From assembly GCA_963422265.1 (NCBI GenBank), contig OY729416.1, positions 1,536,001 through 1,600,000 of the forward strand: DNA of 64,000 nucleotides, in the 5' to 3' direction. This document shows positions 9,610 through 20,100 of the stretch, one piece after another. Source of the stretch: Thermodesulfobacteriota bacterium. GTDB lineage: Bacteria; Desulfobacterota_D; UBA1144; Nemesobacterales; UBA2774. The position numbers and the translations under genes are program-made. Below the pieces are notes generated by a model, which searched no databases, was not told where the DNA came from, and saw only the letters and a list, made by a program, of their open reading frames with translations. Position 1 is the first letter of the stretch; each line of letters begins with the position of its first letter.

Positions 9610-11235
9610 ATGAATAAAATAAAAAGGGTTTTAATAAGCGTCTCCGATAAGGAGGGTATATGCGATTTCTCAAAGGCGCTTAAGGGGTTAGATATTGAGA
9701 TACTGTCCACCGGTGGCACTGCGAAACAGCTTAGAAACGCTGGAATAATGGTAACCGACGTTTCCGAATACACGGGCTCGCCTGAGATTCTTGGGGGGAG
9801 GGTTAAAACCCTGCACCCTAAAATACACGGTGGCATATTAGCGATTCGTAATGACGAGGTTCATGTTTCACAGATGAAAAATAACGGCATTGAGCCTATT
9901 GATATGGTAGTAGTCAACCTATATCCCTTTGAGGAGGTTATCAAAAAAGAAAACGTAGATTTATCCGAAGCGATTGAAAACATTGATATTGGTGGTCCTA
10001 CTATGCTAAGGGCGGCGGCAAAAAATTATCGCTACGTAACAATAATAACGCACCCTGAAGATTACAAAAACCTACTCAAGGAGCTGAAAAGAAACAAAGG
10101 CTCCGTGTCGTCCCAAACAAACCTCAGACTAGCTATAAAAGCTTTCTCACACGTGGCGCGTTACGATGCGGCAATATCAAACTACTTAGGGGCAATTGAA
10201 GAAAGCGGGAAGAGAATCAAATTCCCACAGAGCCTAACTATTCACCTGAGTAAAAAGACTTCTCTGAGATACGGAGAGAACCCTCATCAGGATGCGTCCT
10301 TTTACGTTCAAGCCGATCCCTCGGCTCGGCTCGGCTCAGGTGCCGGTGAGCCTTGTATATCAAACTCCATTCAACTTCAGGGAAAAGAGCTATCGTTAAA
10401 TAACGTTTATGATACGGATGCCGCCTTAGAGTGCGTAAAGGATTACTCGGAACCCACCTGCGTTATAGTAAAGCACAACAACCCTTGCGGAGTCGCAACG
10501 GAAGAGAACGTAGCCGCGGCGTTTCTTAAAGCAAAGGCTTGCGATCCAGTAAGTTCATTCGGTGGTATAGTGGCATTCAACAGAGAGGTTGACGAGGCTG
10601 CTGCCCTAGAGATGGCAGGTATGTTCTTAGAAGTAGTAATCGCTCCGAGTTTTACGGACAAGGCGCTCGAAGCGTTATCTACCAAAGGAAATCTACGCGT
10701 AATGAAAACGCCTGCCTTCGACAAGCCGTTTGCTGAGGGAATCATCAGTTCTGCCCTGCTCCCTGTCGGAGTAGGCGGCATGGATTTCAAGAACGTCGTA
10801 GGAGGCGCTCTCATTCAGGACAGGGATTTGGTAATAGGCAATGATTTCAACAACATCAAAATTCAAACGAAGCGAAAGCCTAACGAGGAGGAGCTTGAAG
10901 ATCTTAAATTCGCATGGAAAGTATGTAAGCACGTAAAATCAAATGCAATTGTATTTGCCAGAGGAAATCAGACAATAGGAATAGGTGCTGGTCAGATGAG
11001 TCGCGTTGACTCGGTTAAAATTGCCTATATGAAAGCTGTGCTTCCGAGCGCTGGGTCAGTACTTGCGTCCGATGCTTTCTTTCCATTCAGGGATGGAATA
11101 GATGAAGCCGCAAAAGCGGGTGTAACCGCTGTTGTCCAGCCGGGGGGTTCAATAAGGGATCAGGATATAATTACGGCCTGCGATGAGCACGGGATCGCTA
11201 TGGTATTCACCGGATTTAGACATTTTAAACATTAA
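9610..11235 (+). CDS. purH: bifunctional AICAR transformylase/IMP cyclohydrolase
   Basis: LISVSDK, GRVKTLHP, IDIGGPTM, LRYGENPHQ, GAGQMSRVDS, ASDAFFPF, RHFKH. Confidence 0.97.
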   Translation: MNKIKRVLISVSDKEGICDFSKALKGLDIEILSTGGTAKQLRNAGIMVTDVSEYTGSPEILGGRVKTLHPKIHGGILAIRNDEVHVSQMKNNGIEPIDMVVVNLYPFEEVIKKENVDLSEAIENIDIGGPTMLRAAAKNYRYVTIITHPEDYKNLLKELKRNKGSVSSQTNLRLAIKAFSHVARYDAAISNYLGAIEESGKRIKFPQSLTIHLSKKTSLRYGENPHQDASFYVQADPSARLGSGAGEPCISNSIQLQGKELSLNNVYDTDAALECVKDYSEPTCVIVKHNNPCGVATEENVAAAFLKAKACDPVSSFGGIVAFNREVDEAAALEMAGMFLEVVIAPSFTDKALEALSTKGNLRVMKTPAFDKPFAEGIISSALLPVGVGGMDFKNVVGGALIQDRDLVIGNDFNNIKIQTKRKPNEEELEDLKFAWKVCKHVKSNAIVFARGNQTIGIGAGQMSRVDSVKIAYMKAVLPSAGSVLASDAFFPFRDGIDEAAKAGVTAVVQPGGSIRDQDIITACDEHGIAMVFTGFRHFKH

Positions 11236-11236
11236 G

Positions 11237-11863
11237 ATGAAAGTCACCGTATTCTACGATTATATATGCCCTTACTGCTACCTGGGAGCAAAGCGCCTTG
11301 AAAAACTAGAGAAGGAATTTGAATTGGATATTGAGTGGAAAGGGATTGAAATACATCCTGAATTTCCCTCGCAGGGCGTTAGACGCTCAAAGTCCGCCAG
11401 CTCAAAGATATTCAAAGAGAATATCAGTCAAATGGCTAAAGATGAAGGGGTTGAGATCAGACTACCAGGATTTGTCACCAACACTAGATTAAGCCTTGAG
11501 GCGTCGGAGTTCTCAAAAACGAAGGGACGCTTTAAGGATTTTCATACAAAAGCCTACGAGGCTTATTTTCAAAATGGAGAAAACATTGGAGATAGCGAGG
11601 TGATTCTTAACGTAGCGAAAAACTCCGGTCTCGATAAAAGAGAATTAAAAGAGTGTTTAGACCAGAGGAAGATGTCTAGTAAGATTGAAGAAAACAAAAA
11701 CGATGCTGAAAATAATCTCATACTAGGAACGCCCACGTTCATATTTGGCGGTTTTCCAGTCTATGGAGTCCAGGACCTGGAGACTATGAGGCAAATAATA
11801 AAGGGGCGTATTGAGAGAGAAGGGAGATCTGACCCTGAAGGAACAAGTTCTAAACATAGTTAG
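11237..11863 (+). CDS. DsbA/FrnE family oxidoreductase
   Basis: FYDYICPYCYLG and GTPTF; ATG immediately after the purH stop. Confidence 0.88.
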   Translation: MKVTVFYDYICPYCYLGAKRLEKLEKEFELDIEWKGIEIHPEFPSQGVRRSKSASSKIFKENISQMAKDEGVEIRLPGFVTNTRLSLEASEFSKTKGRFKDFHTKAYEAYFQNGENIGDSEVILNVAKNSGLDKRELKECLDQRKMSSKIEENKNDAENNLILGTPTFIFGGFPVYGVQDLETMRQIIKGRIEREGRSDPEGTSSKHS

Positions 11864-11875
11864 ACGACTTTTCTA

Positions 11876-13426
11876 TCAAAGTCTGACCGGCAACACGCCT
11901 TGCGCTCTAGCGTTGCCAAGAAGCACGTTAACCACCTCATGCTGACACTCATCTATGGAATCAAAAGCGCATATTACCGTGTCAAAAGAATGAAGCCCCC
12001 TAACTACATAAGGAGATCCAAAAGAAATCAAAGCCGTCTCAGTTGGCAATTCACCCAGTCTCGTTAGGGTATTCCTAAAAAACTCAGGCAGAAACCATTG
12101 CTTCTTCCATGCCCCAACTGAGGTGTAAACTAGGCATATTAAGGCTTTACCATGATATGAATTATCAAGTATGGAAGGGACATCAGCTACGGGCGTTACA
12201 GAAACCGTTTCACAGCTAACCCCGCAGTCCGTTAGGCGTTCAGCAAACCTTACATGCCTATCCTCACCTGATTGGGTTACGTCGAAAACGTATATTCTCA
12301 CTTCTTTAGAGCTGATTTCCCCGCCCCTTAAAGTGCAGACTGAACGTCTTGCAATCTCGGCAATCAGTTTCTGACCATCCCTTTCGCGTGAGCTTTCCAT
12401 GCTGTTATTAGAAAGCCATTCGTTCTTATGTAGTATAATTCTTTTCACCACTTTGTTCACAAGGCTCTCGCCAAGACCCCCTGTCTCCACTAACTTGACC
12501 AGCCTTTCTATTAACTTAAACGGCAATACGGGGTCAAGGACAACGTCACAACCCGCCTCAATAGCCAGACGGGATATATCTGTCTCGTCTCCAATCTTGT
12601 TAATTCCCGCCATGCGAAGCGAATCAGTAATAATCAAACCCTGAAACCTCATTCTCTTGCGCAGCGTCTCCGATACGATTTTCTTGGAAACCGTTGCAGG
12701 AATTTTTCCACTCCCAATAGTTGGGAGCGCTAAGTGGGCGGTCATTATAGAAGCCACGCCTACTTCAATAGCATTTCTGAACGGTATTAAGTCACACTGC
12801 TCAAGTTCGTCCAGGGTCCGGCCCAGCGTGGGTAAATCTTCATGTGAATCGACGTCAGTCCCTCCGTGCCCAGGAAAGTGCTTGGCGCAAGCCGCTACTC
12901 CATTTGCTTGGCACCCCTTTATGAACGCCAAGCTTAGACGCGACACCAGCCCCGCGTCGTCACCATAGGAGCGTATGTTGATTATAGGATTGTCAGGGTT
13001 CGTATTAATGTCCACAACGGGAGCAAAGAGCAAATTAAGCCCAATGCTTTTCATATCCTGTGCTATATGCCAAGCCTGTTTATAGACAAGTCTCTCGTCT
13101 CCTATCGCCCCAAGGGACATTGTAAATGGGAAAAGCGTCATACGCGTCCCCGCCTCCGGTTGGGATTCGCACACTATCTGTCCTACCCCTCGCTCGGCGT
13201 CGCAGGCAAAGAGCAGTGGAATCTGTGAAATGGATTGAAGCTCTTCAGTCGCTTTTTTTACAGATGATATATTGCCTCCAAAAATGATAAATCCCCCGAC
13301 CCCGTATTCCTTAACTAGTTTTCTTGCGGAAGTGAGGGAATTCGGATCATTAAAATCAATCCTTGGCATAAGGAGCTGCGCAACTTTCTGACCCAAGTTT
13401 AACTTTCTAACGTTTAATCTACGCAT
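11876..13426 (-). CDS. nagZ: GH3 beta-N-acetylhexosaminidase
   Basis: FAPVVD, KHFPGHGGTDVDSH, ITDSLRM; adjacent to anmK and murQ. Confidence 0.88.
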   Translation of the reverse strand: MRRLNVRKLNLGQKVAQLLMPRIDFNDPNSLTSARKLVKEYGVGGFIIFGGNISSVKKATEELQSISQIPLLFACDAERGVGQIVCESQPEAGTRMTLFPFTMSLGAIGDERLVYKQAWHIAQDMKSIGLNLLFAPVVDINTNPDNPIINIRSYGDDAGLVSRLSLAFIKGCQANGVAACAKHFPGHGGTDVDSHEDLPTLGRTLDELEQCDLIPFRNAIEVGVASIMTAHLALPTIGSGKIPATVSKKIVSETLRKRMRFQGLIITDSLRMAGINKIGDETDISRLAIEAGCDVVLDPVLPFKLIERLVKLVETGGLGESLVNKVVKRIILHKNEWLSNNSMESSRERDGQKLIAEIARRSVCTLRGGEISSKEVRIYVFDVTQSGEDRHVRFAERLTDCGVSCETVSVTPVADVPSILDNSYHGKALICLVYTSVGAWKKQWFLPEFFRNTLTRLGELPTETALISFGSPYVVRGLHSFDTVICAFDSIDECQHEVVNVLLGNARAQGVLPVRL

Positions 13427-13440
13427 TATAGTTATCCTAG

Positions 13441-14628
13441 TTATCTACCAAAAGCTATCTTACCCAAAGGCACTCTGTGAGACGCTCCCGTTACCCTTGG
13501 AAGGCTGCTCTTATTTCCCGAGACAAGCTCATTTGCCAAAATCGCAAACGCTATAGCCTCTTTAGCATCCGTTGGAAGCCCGTACTTATCCGATTTGACG
13601 CATTTCAAAGTATGGAGTCTGTCTTCAAGTCTTTTCATCAAGAAGGGGTTGTCACAACCGCCCCCACTAAAAATAACCTCGCTTATCTCCGGAAACATGG
13701 GGAAAATAAACTTCTCATAAGAAAGTGCTATAGATTCTACCGTAAACTCAACAAGGGTCGCCAGCAAGTCGTTTAACGTTATACCTGTCCCGCCCCTATC
13801 AACCAAAAAAAATAGCTTTTGCGCACGCTCTTTGCCAAACAATTCCTCCCCTGCGGATTTTGGAGGCTGCTTTTGAAGGTATGGATCCGACAACAGTTTT
13901 TTAAGTAGTTGTTTATCATACATTCCTGAAGAAGCCCTAGCCCCATCCTTATCAAACCGCTCCGTTCCGTCCGTCGCTAGATTAACGACCCAGTCCATCA
14001 GAGCGTTCCCAGGACCGGTATCAAACGCTATAACCCCGTCAATATTTTCAGTAATTACGGTAGCATTACCAATACCACCGACGTTCTGCGCAATAACGGT
14101 CTCTCCCTTTTCCCTCAAGAGAATGTAATCAACATAAGGCACTAACGGCGCCCCTTCACCCCCTGCGGCTATATCTCTGGTCCTGAAGTCCCCTACGGTT
14201 GTGAGTCCAGTTTTCTCGGCAATTACATCAATCTCTCCAATCTGCAAGGTAGATGGAACGCTATTGTTATAAGAAGGTGGATTATGAAAAATGGTCTGTC
14301 CGTGAGAGGCAATTAAATCAACGTCGGTAGTTTTTAAGCCAGCTTCTTCAATAACCAGCAACGCAGCTTTGGCGAACAGGTTTCCTATAATAAAATTCAA
14401 CCCTGAAACCTCTTCTAGAGAGAGCTCTGCGCTCAGGTTTTCTAATCTGTTGCGGATATCTGATTTGTAGGGGCTACAAATGAAATGTAGCAACTCTATA
14501 TCGGTTTCAATTCCACTCCCATTGATTCTAACTAAGGCGGCATCTACGCCGTCCTTAGATGTTCCTGACATTAACCCCACCACCAACCTTTCCTCTTTAT
14601 TTAGTAGAGACCTTAGTTTCGTAAGCAT
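13441..14628 (-). CDS. anmK: anhydro-N-acetylmuramic acid kinase
   Basis: GLMSGTSKDGVD, SHGQT, GGEGAPL, FDTGPGN, KEAIAFA. Confidence 0.95.
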   Translation of the reverse strand: MLTKLRSLLNKEERLVVGLMSGTSKDGVDAALVRINGSGIETDIELLHFICSPYKSDIRNRLENLSAELSLEEVSGLNFIIGNLFAKAALLVIEEAGLKTTDVDLIASHGQTIFHNPPSYNNSVPSTLQIGEIDVIAEKTGLTTVGDFRTRDIAAGGEGAPLVPYVDYILLREKGETVIAQNVGGIGNATVITENIDGVIAFDTGPGNALMDWVVNLATDGTERFDKDGARASSGMYDKQLLKKLLSDPYLQKQPPKSAGEELFGKERAQKLFFLVDRGGTGITLNDLLATLVEFTVESIALSYEKFIFPMFPEISEVIFSGGGCDNPFLMKRLEDRLHTLKCVKSDKYGLPTDAKEAIAFAILANELVSGNKSSLPRVTGASHRVPLGKIAFGR

Positions 14629-14689
14629 CTTAGGAAAGTTCCCCTTTGGTTAGTTCCTCGCGGTAGTTTGTGAAAGAGTTTGTTCTATA

Positions 14690-15610
14690 CTACTCAAGCG
14701 CCTTGCGTAATACCCCATCATGTTTAACAAGAAGCCACTTAGCCTCTTTGCAACTCATACCCTTTATCGCCATCAGAACGGCCGCCTTGACGTTCCAGTC
14801 CGACTGTAAGAGTAGCTCCTCTGCCTTCTCCATATCTACTTTGGATATGAATGTTACGATCCGCTTAGCTCTATCCCTAAGCTTTGCCGATTTAGGCTGG
14901 ACGTCCACCATCAGGTTGCCATAAGTTTTACCGAGTTTAACCATAGAAGCGGTTGTGAGCATATTCAAGACCGTCTTAGTCGCGGTACCCGCCTTCATCC
15001 TGGTCGAGCCTACGATTACCTCGGGACCAACTAAGAGCGATATTGTTACATCAGCTATATTCACTTTGACAGGATTGCAGGTTATGAAAATTCTTGCACT
15101 TCCTATCTCGCCAGCGTAGTATAGCGCGCTTTGTACGAACGGTGTTGTAGAGCTTGCGGCTATCCCAACCAAAATGTCTTTTTCATTCAGAGCAATTTCT
15201 ATGAGCCTTTCCTTAGCCTCGTCCCTTGAGTCCTCTGCACCCTCAACAGATTGATGGAGCGCCTCGCTGCCCCCGGCTATAAGCCCGAGAACTAAGCTGG
15301 GGTCCGTGCCAAAGGTAGGTGGACACTCAGCCGCCTCAATCACGCCCAGCCGCCCACTTGTTCCCGCTCCTATGAAGATCAGGCGTCCCCCTTTGCTAAA
15401 ACGTTGAACTATCAACTCAACGGCGTGGGAAATGCGCTTCTTCTCTTTTTCAATCGCCTCCGTTATGTAGCGATCTTCATCTAACATCAACCCTATTATT
15501 TCAAGTGGGGAACGTTGATCTATATGAATCGTGCGTGGATTGACGCTTTCCGTAAGCGTGTCGCTGAGCACCATCGGGTGAAGATGCCCGGTTTCTCTGC
15601 CTTCTTTCAC
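14690..15610 (-). CDS. murQ: N-acetylmuramic acid 6-phosphate etherase (start uncertain)
   Basis: GAGTSGRLG, ECPPTFG, GPEVIVGSTRMKAGTA, GNLMVDV. Confidence 0.95.
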   Translation of the reverse strand: MKEGRETGHLHPMVLSDTLTESVNPRTIHIDQRSPLEIIGLMLDEDRYITEAIEKEKKRISHAVELIVQRFSKGGRLIFIGAGTSGRLGVIEAAECPPTFGTDPSLVLGLIAGGSEALHQSVEGAEDSRDEAKERLIEIALNEKDILVGIAASSTTPFVQSALYYAGEIGSARIFITCNPVKVNIADVTISLLVGPEVIVGSTRMKAGTATKTVLNMLTTASMVKLGKTYGNLMVDVQPKSAKLRDRAKRIVTFISKVDMEKAEELLLQSDWNVKAAVLMAIKGMSCKEAKWLLVKHDGVLRKALE

Positions 15611-15673
15611 AAGGGTTATTATATACTATTAGGTTAGGCAAATTAACAGACGTCAATAAACTGCCGCTATTTT

Positions 15674-15952
15674 ATGTATAGGGGTAGGAGTAGGCTCTTC
15701 GCAAATCAGGTTGAGGAAATGCGTGGACACACACCCTTATTATTTGTCCTATGAAAAGATGCAACTACGCATATACGCATAGTATTGAACTGGGAACGAG
15801 ACTCTGAAGAACCGCATCTTTGTATATTGAGACAATCAGGTAAAATCCCGTTGGCTAGTAAGCCTGACCAAACTGAAGAGCTATGCAAGGAGCGGGGATG
15901 GACTATAACGGTTCCAGCACCTACGATCTCCCAAGTCATTCCTGACAGGTAG
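15674..15952 (+). pseudogene. possible decayed fragment resembling the C-terminus of HAD-IB hydrolases
   Basis: Frame from ATG 15674 has an internal TGA at 15752-15754 and continues ...DSEEPHLCILRQSGKIPLASKPDQTEELCKERGWTI. Confidence 0.25.
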
Positions 15953-15994
15953 GTTAATTGAGTCAAGTTAATTTAAGAATCAAGGAGAGCCGCG

Positions 15995-17071
15995 TTGCCT
16001 AAAATACTGGTGCTCGCTGGGGATGGAATTGGGGTTGAAGTAACTAGGGTGAGTCTAAATGTGCTGGACGTCGTTGCTAAAAAGCACGATGTAGAGTTTG
16101 AGTTTGAACACGAGTTGTTCGGTGGATGCTCTGTTGAAGAAAGGGGCGTGCCTGTGACTGATGAGGTGCTTAGGAAGGCGAAAGGCTCGGATGCAGTCCT
16201 GATGGGAGCCGTGGGTGGACCCGATTGGGAAAGCCTAGACCATCATATAAAGCCTGAGAGTGGGCTCTTGGCGCTTAGAAAAGAGCTAGATGCTTTCGCT
16301 AATTTAAGACCTGCCGCTGTCTATCCTGCTTTGGCTGGGGCTTCCACGTTAAAGAGAGAAATAGTAGAGGGTGTGGACATCATGGTAGTAAGGGAGCTGA
16401 CCAGTGGCATATATTTTGGCGAGCCTAGGGGGGTGCGAGAAATAGACGGGGGTCAGCAAAAGGGGTTCAACACCTTGTCTTACACAACGATGGAGATTGA
16501 GAGAATAGCAAGGGTGGCTTTTGATATAGCGAGGAAAAGGAGTAAGAAGCTTACTTCAATTGACAAGGCGAACGTCCTAGAGGTTATGCAGTTATGGAGA
16601 ACAACCGTGAGCAGGATTCACGAGTCTGAGTATCCTGACGTTGAGCTTGACCACCTTTACGTGGATAACGCCGCGATGCAGCTCATAAGAAGGCCCAAGA
16701 GCTTTGACGTCTTGCTAGCTGGCAATATGTTCGGTGATATAATAAGCGACGAGGCGGCGCAGCTTACCGGTTCCTTAGGGATGCTTCCATCCGCTAGCAT
16801 CGGAGAGGGAGCAATTTACGAACCCGTGCATGGCAGCGCCCCAGATATAGCGGGACGGGATATAGCTAACCCCATCGCCTCAGTTCTCACAACCGCAATG
16901 ATGCTCAGGTATTCATTCGATTTGGACTCCTCCGCCAATGAAATTGAAGAATCCGTAAGCAGCGTGCTTGAAGAAGGGTATAGAACGTCCGACATATATC
17001 ATGAAGGAACCACTAAAGTGGGATGCGAAAAAATGGGGGAGCTGATTTGCAGCCATCTTATTAAGCGATAA
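15995..17071 (+). CDS. leuB: 3-isopropylmalate dehydrogenase
   Basis: GDGIGVEV, ANLRPA, RELTSGIYFG, DKANVL, NMFGDIISD, YEPVHGSAPDIAG. Confidence 0.97.
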   Translation: MPKILVLAGDGIGVEVTRVSLNVLDVVAKKHDVEFEFEHELFGGCSVEERGVPVTDEVLRKAKGSDAVLMGAVGGPDWESLDHHIKPESGLLALRKELDAFANLRPAAVYPALAGASTLKREIVEGVDIMVVRELTSGIYFGEPRGVREIDGGQQKGFNTLSYTTMEIERIARVAFDIARKRSKKLTSIDKANVLEVMQLWRTTVSRIHESEYPDVELDHLYVDNAAMQLIRRPKSFDVLLAGNMFGDIISDEAAQLTGSLGMLPSASIGEGAIYEPVHGSAPDIAGRDIANPIASVLTTAMMLRYSFDLDSSANEIEESVSSVLEEGYRTSDIYHEGTTKVGCEKMGELICSHLIKR

Positions 17072-17126
17072 ACGGCGCCAAAGAAGTTAATAACAAACTA
17101 GATTTGTCTATATACTGTAATTAAGC

Positions 17127-20100
17127 GTGCTTAGAAAAATATCTAACGAGCTTCCCTCAAACCCAAGCCTAAGAGAGCTTATTAGAAAAGCGAACTCAGC
17201 CCACAGCGTTATATCGCTTTCAGGTTTAAGAGGAACTTCTAAATCCTATATCGCTTCCGAGGTGTCATCTTTAAGCAGGCGACCAATTTTATTTTTATCC
17301 TCAACGAGAAAAAAGGCTCTGGAGGCGTCAGAGGATTTATCTTTCTTTTTAGGCAAGATCCCTCCGGTGCTTACAAGAAAAGAACTTACAAATGGCAAAG
17401 CTCTCTTTTCCTCTGTCTCTCGATTTTCTACCGATAGGATCAACTGGCTCTACTCGGCACAAAGCGAGGATTTGATTGTAGCCGAAGTGGGGGTGCTGTT
17501 TGAGAAGTTTATACCGAGAGGCATCTTTGACTCTTCAATAATAGAAATTAAAAGAGGGGAACTTCTTTTAAGGGATGATTTCATTGCAAGTCTAATTGAG
17601 AACGGGTACCACCAGACGGATTTTGTAGAGAAGCAAGGCGAGGTCAGCGTTAGGGGATCAATAGTAGATGTATTGAGTCCGGGACAAAGAGACGCCGTGA
17701 GGTTTGAATTTCTCGGGGATGAAATCGGTTCTATAAGGCTTTTCAATACCGAAGATCAAAAATCAAGCCGCAAGATAAGCAGTGTGGCGATTTTACCCGC
17801 AAGTGAGGTAAAACTAAACGCCGCGACTATAGCCAGAGCTATAAACTTTCTCAAAGCAAAAGCTGGTGAGAGGCAGGTTTCTGCTAGAGATAGGCGTTCT
17901 CTCATAGAAGAAATAGAAAAGGGAAACAGGATACCAAACGTAGAATGGCTGCTACCCGCGTTTTATGATAGCTTGAGTTCAGCGTTCGATTATCTACGCG
18001 AAAGCACGATAATCATTTATGATGAACCCGAAGAGTTATCAGTCTCACTTGATGCAACTGCCCTATATTTGTCTGATAGGTGGGCTCTCCTAGAAAAATA
18101 CTTGAAAGTTACCCCTGACCAATCGGAACTATTTTTTACCCCTGGGGAAGTCCACAAGGAATTATTAGGATTTAAGATAATACGCCTTCAGGAACTTGAG
18201 CTTTCAGAAGATAAGGACAGCACCGTTCATTTTCGTGCTGAGCCAGCGTCGGTGCGGCGAGGTGTGGGAGAGTCTCCTATAGACGCTCTTTTGACTAAGA
18301 TAGCCGAGTGCAAAGAAAACGGATACGACCTCCACCTTGTGTTTAGATCTCAAACTGAGAGGGACAAGCTTGTAAGCCTATTGTTGGAACGCGGAATACA
18401 TGAGATCAGTACTCACTTGGGAAATCTTTCCGAGGGGTTTAGGCTTGAAGAGCAGAAGCTAGAGGTACTCACGGAAAAGGAAATCATTGGGGAAAAGAGA
18501 AAAAGGGTTATCAATAAAAAGCCAAGCGGCGGACTCTCGGCTTTTATTACCTCTTTCAGCGAGCTTAAACCGGGTGACTATATAGTCCACGTAAACTTCG
18601 GAATAGGGATTTTCAGAAGTCTCAAAAGGCTTAAAATCGGGAGTGGCGAAGGGGATTTTCTTCAGTGCGAGTATGCAGGTGGGGATATAATTTACGTCCC
18701 TTTTGACAAGTTAAAGCTGGTTCAAAGATACATAGGCGACGGCAAGAAGCCTAGAATTGATAGGCTGGGCAGTAAGGCGTGGGGCGCAAGGGTTGATAGG
18801 ATCAGAAAGGCTGTTGAAGTTGTAGCTAGGGAGCTGCTTGAGCTTTATGCTAAGAGAAGGGCTATGAAGGGTTTTAGCTTTTCTCCTGCTGACGAACTGT
18901 TCAGCGAATTTGAGCTAGCTTTCCCATACGAGGAAACGCCTGACCAAGAAGCTGCAATTACGGACGTGCTTGCCGATATGGAATCGCCAAGGCCAATGGA
19001 TAGGCTAATCTGCGGCGACGTGGGCTTTGGTAAGACGGAGGTTGCGCTGAGGGCGGCTTTTAAGGCGGTTGTGGACGGGAAGCAGGTGGCATTTTTAGTT
19101 CCTACAACGCTACTTGCGCATCAGCACTACGAGACTTTTCTTCAAAGGCTAAAGGGCTATCCGGTGGTAATCGGCGCCTTATCAAGATTCACGGCTAGAA
19201 AGGAAGAGAAAGAGACGCTCTCAAAACTCCAGCAAGGGAAAATTGATATAGTTATAGGCACGCATAAGATCTTAAGCGAGAAGGTTAAATTCCGCGATCT
19301 GGGTCTTGTAATAAATGACGAGGAGCACAGGTTCGGGGTATCACAGAAGGAAAAGCTCAAGAAGATCAAACAAGGGGTTGATGCAGTTTCATTAAGCGCG
19401 ACCCCGATTCCTAGAACCCTTCAGCTCTCGCTTGCTAAAATTAGGGATATAAGCCTTATAAACACCCCGCCTCAGGGGAGGCAGACGATAGAGACTTACT
19501 TATATAGATATGATTCAACTATTATAAAGCAGGCAATAAAGAGGGAAATTGACAGGAGAGGGGCAGTGTTTTTTATTCATAATCGCATAGCGGATATTTA
19601 TCGGGTGGCGGAGAAGATAAGTGCGCTTGTGCCAGAAGCGAATATTGCCGTTACACATGGAAGATTGAGGGAGAAAGAGCTTGAAGATGCGATAGCTGAG
19701 TTTATAGAAGGTGATGTAGATGTCCTGGTCACGACGGCTATCGTAGAGTCGGGGCTGGATATACCTAGAGCGAATACAATTATAATTAACGACGCCCATA
19801 CGTTCGGTCTTGCCGATCTATATCAGCTAAGGGGAAGAGTAGGTAGGTCGCGGGAGAAGGCTTATGCGTATTTCTTAATACCAAGTTCAGGCTTGATCAC
19901 GTCTGACTCAAGGAGACGGCTTAGGGCAATATCCGAATTCAAAGATTTGGGGTCTGGTTTTAAGCTCGCCCTTTCCGATCTTGAAATCAGGGGCGCAGGT
20001 CATCTTTTCGGCAACGAGCAGTCCGGTCACGTTGCGGACGTGGGACTTGAATTTTATCTTGACATGCTAGATGGCTCCATCAAAAGGCTTGAAGGGAACG

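Noticed and set aside
15706-15966. 86-aa minus-strand ORF before leuB
   Set aside because: No RBS or motif; the opposite strand gives a slightly more protein-like interrupted frame.
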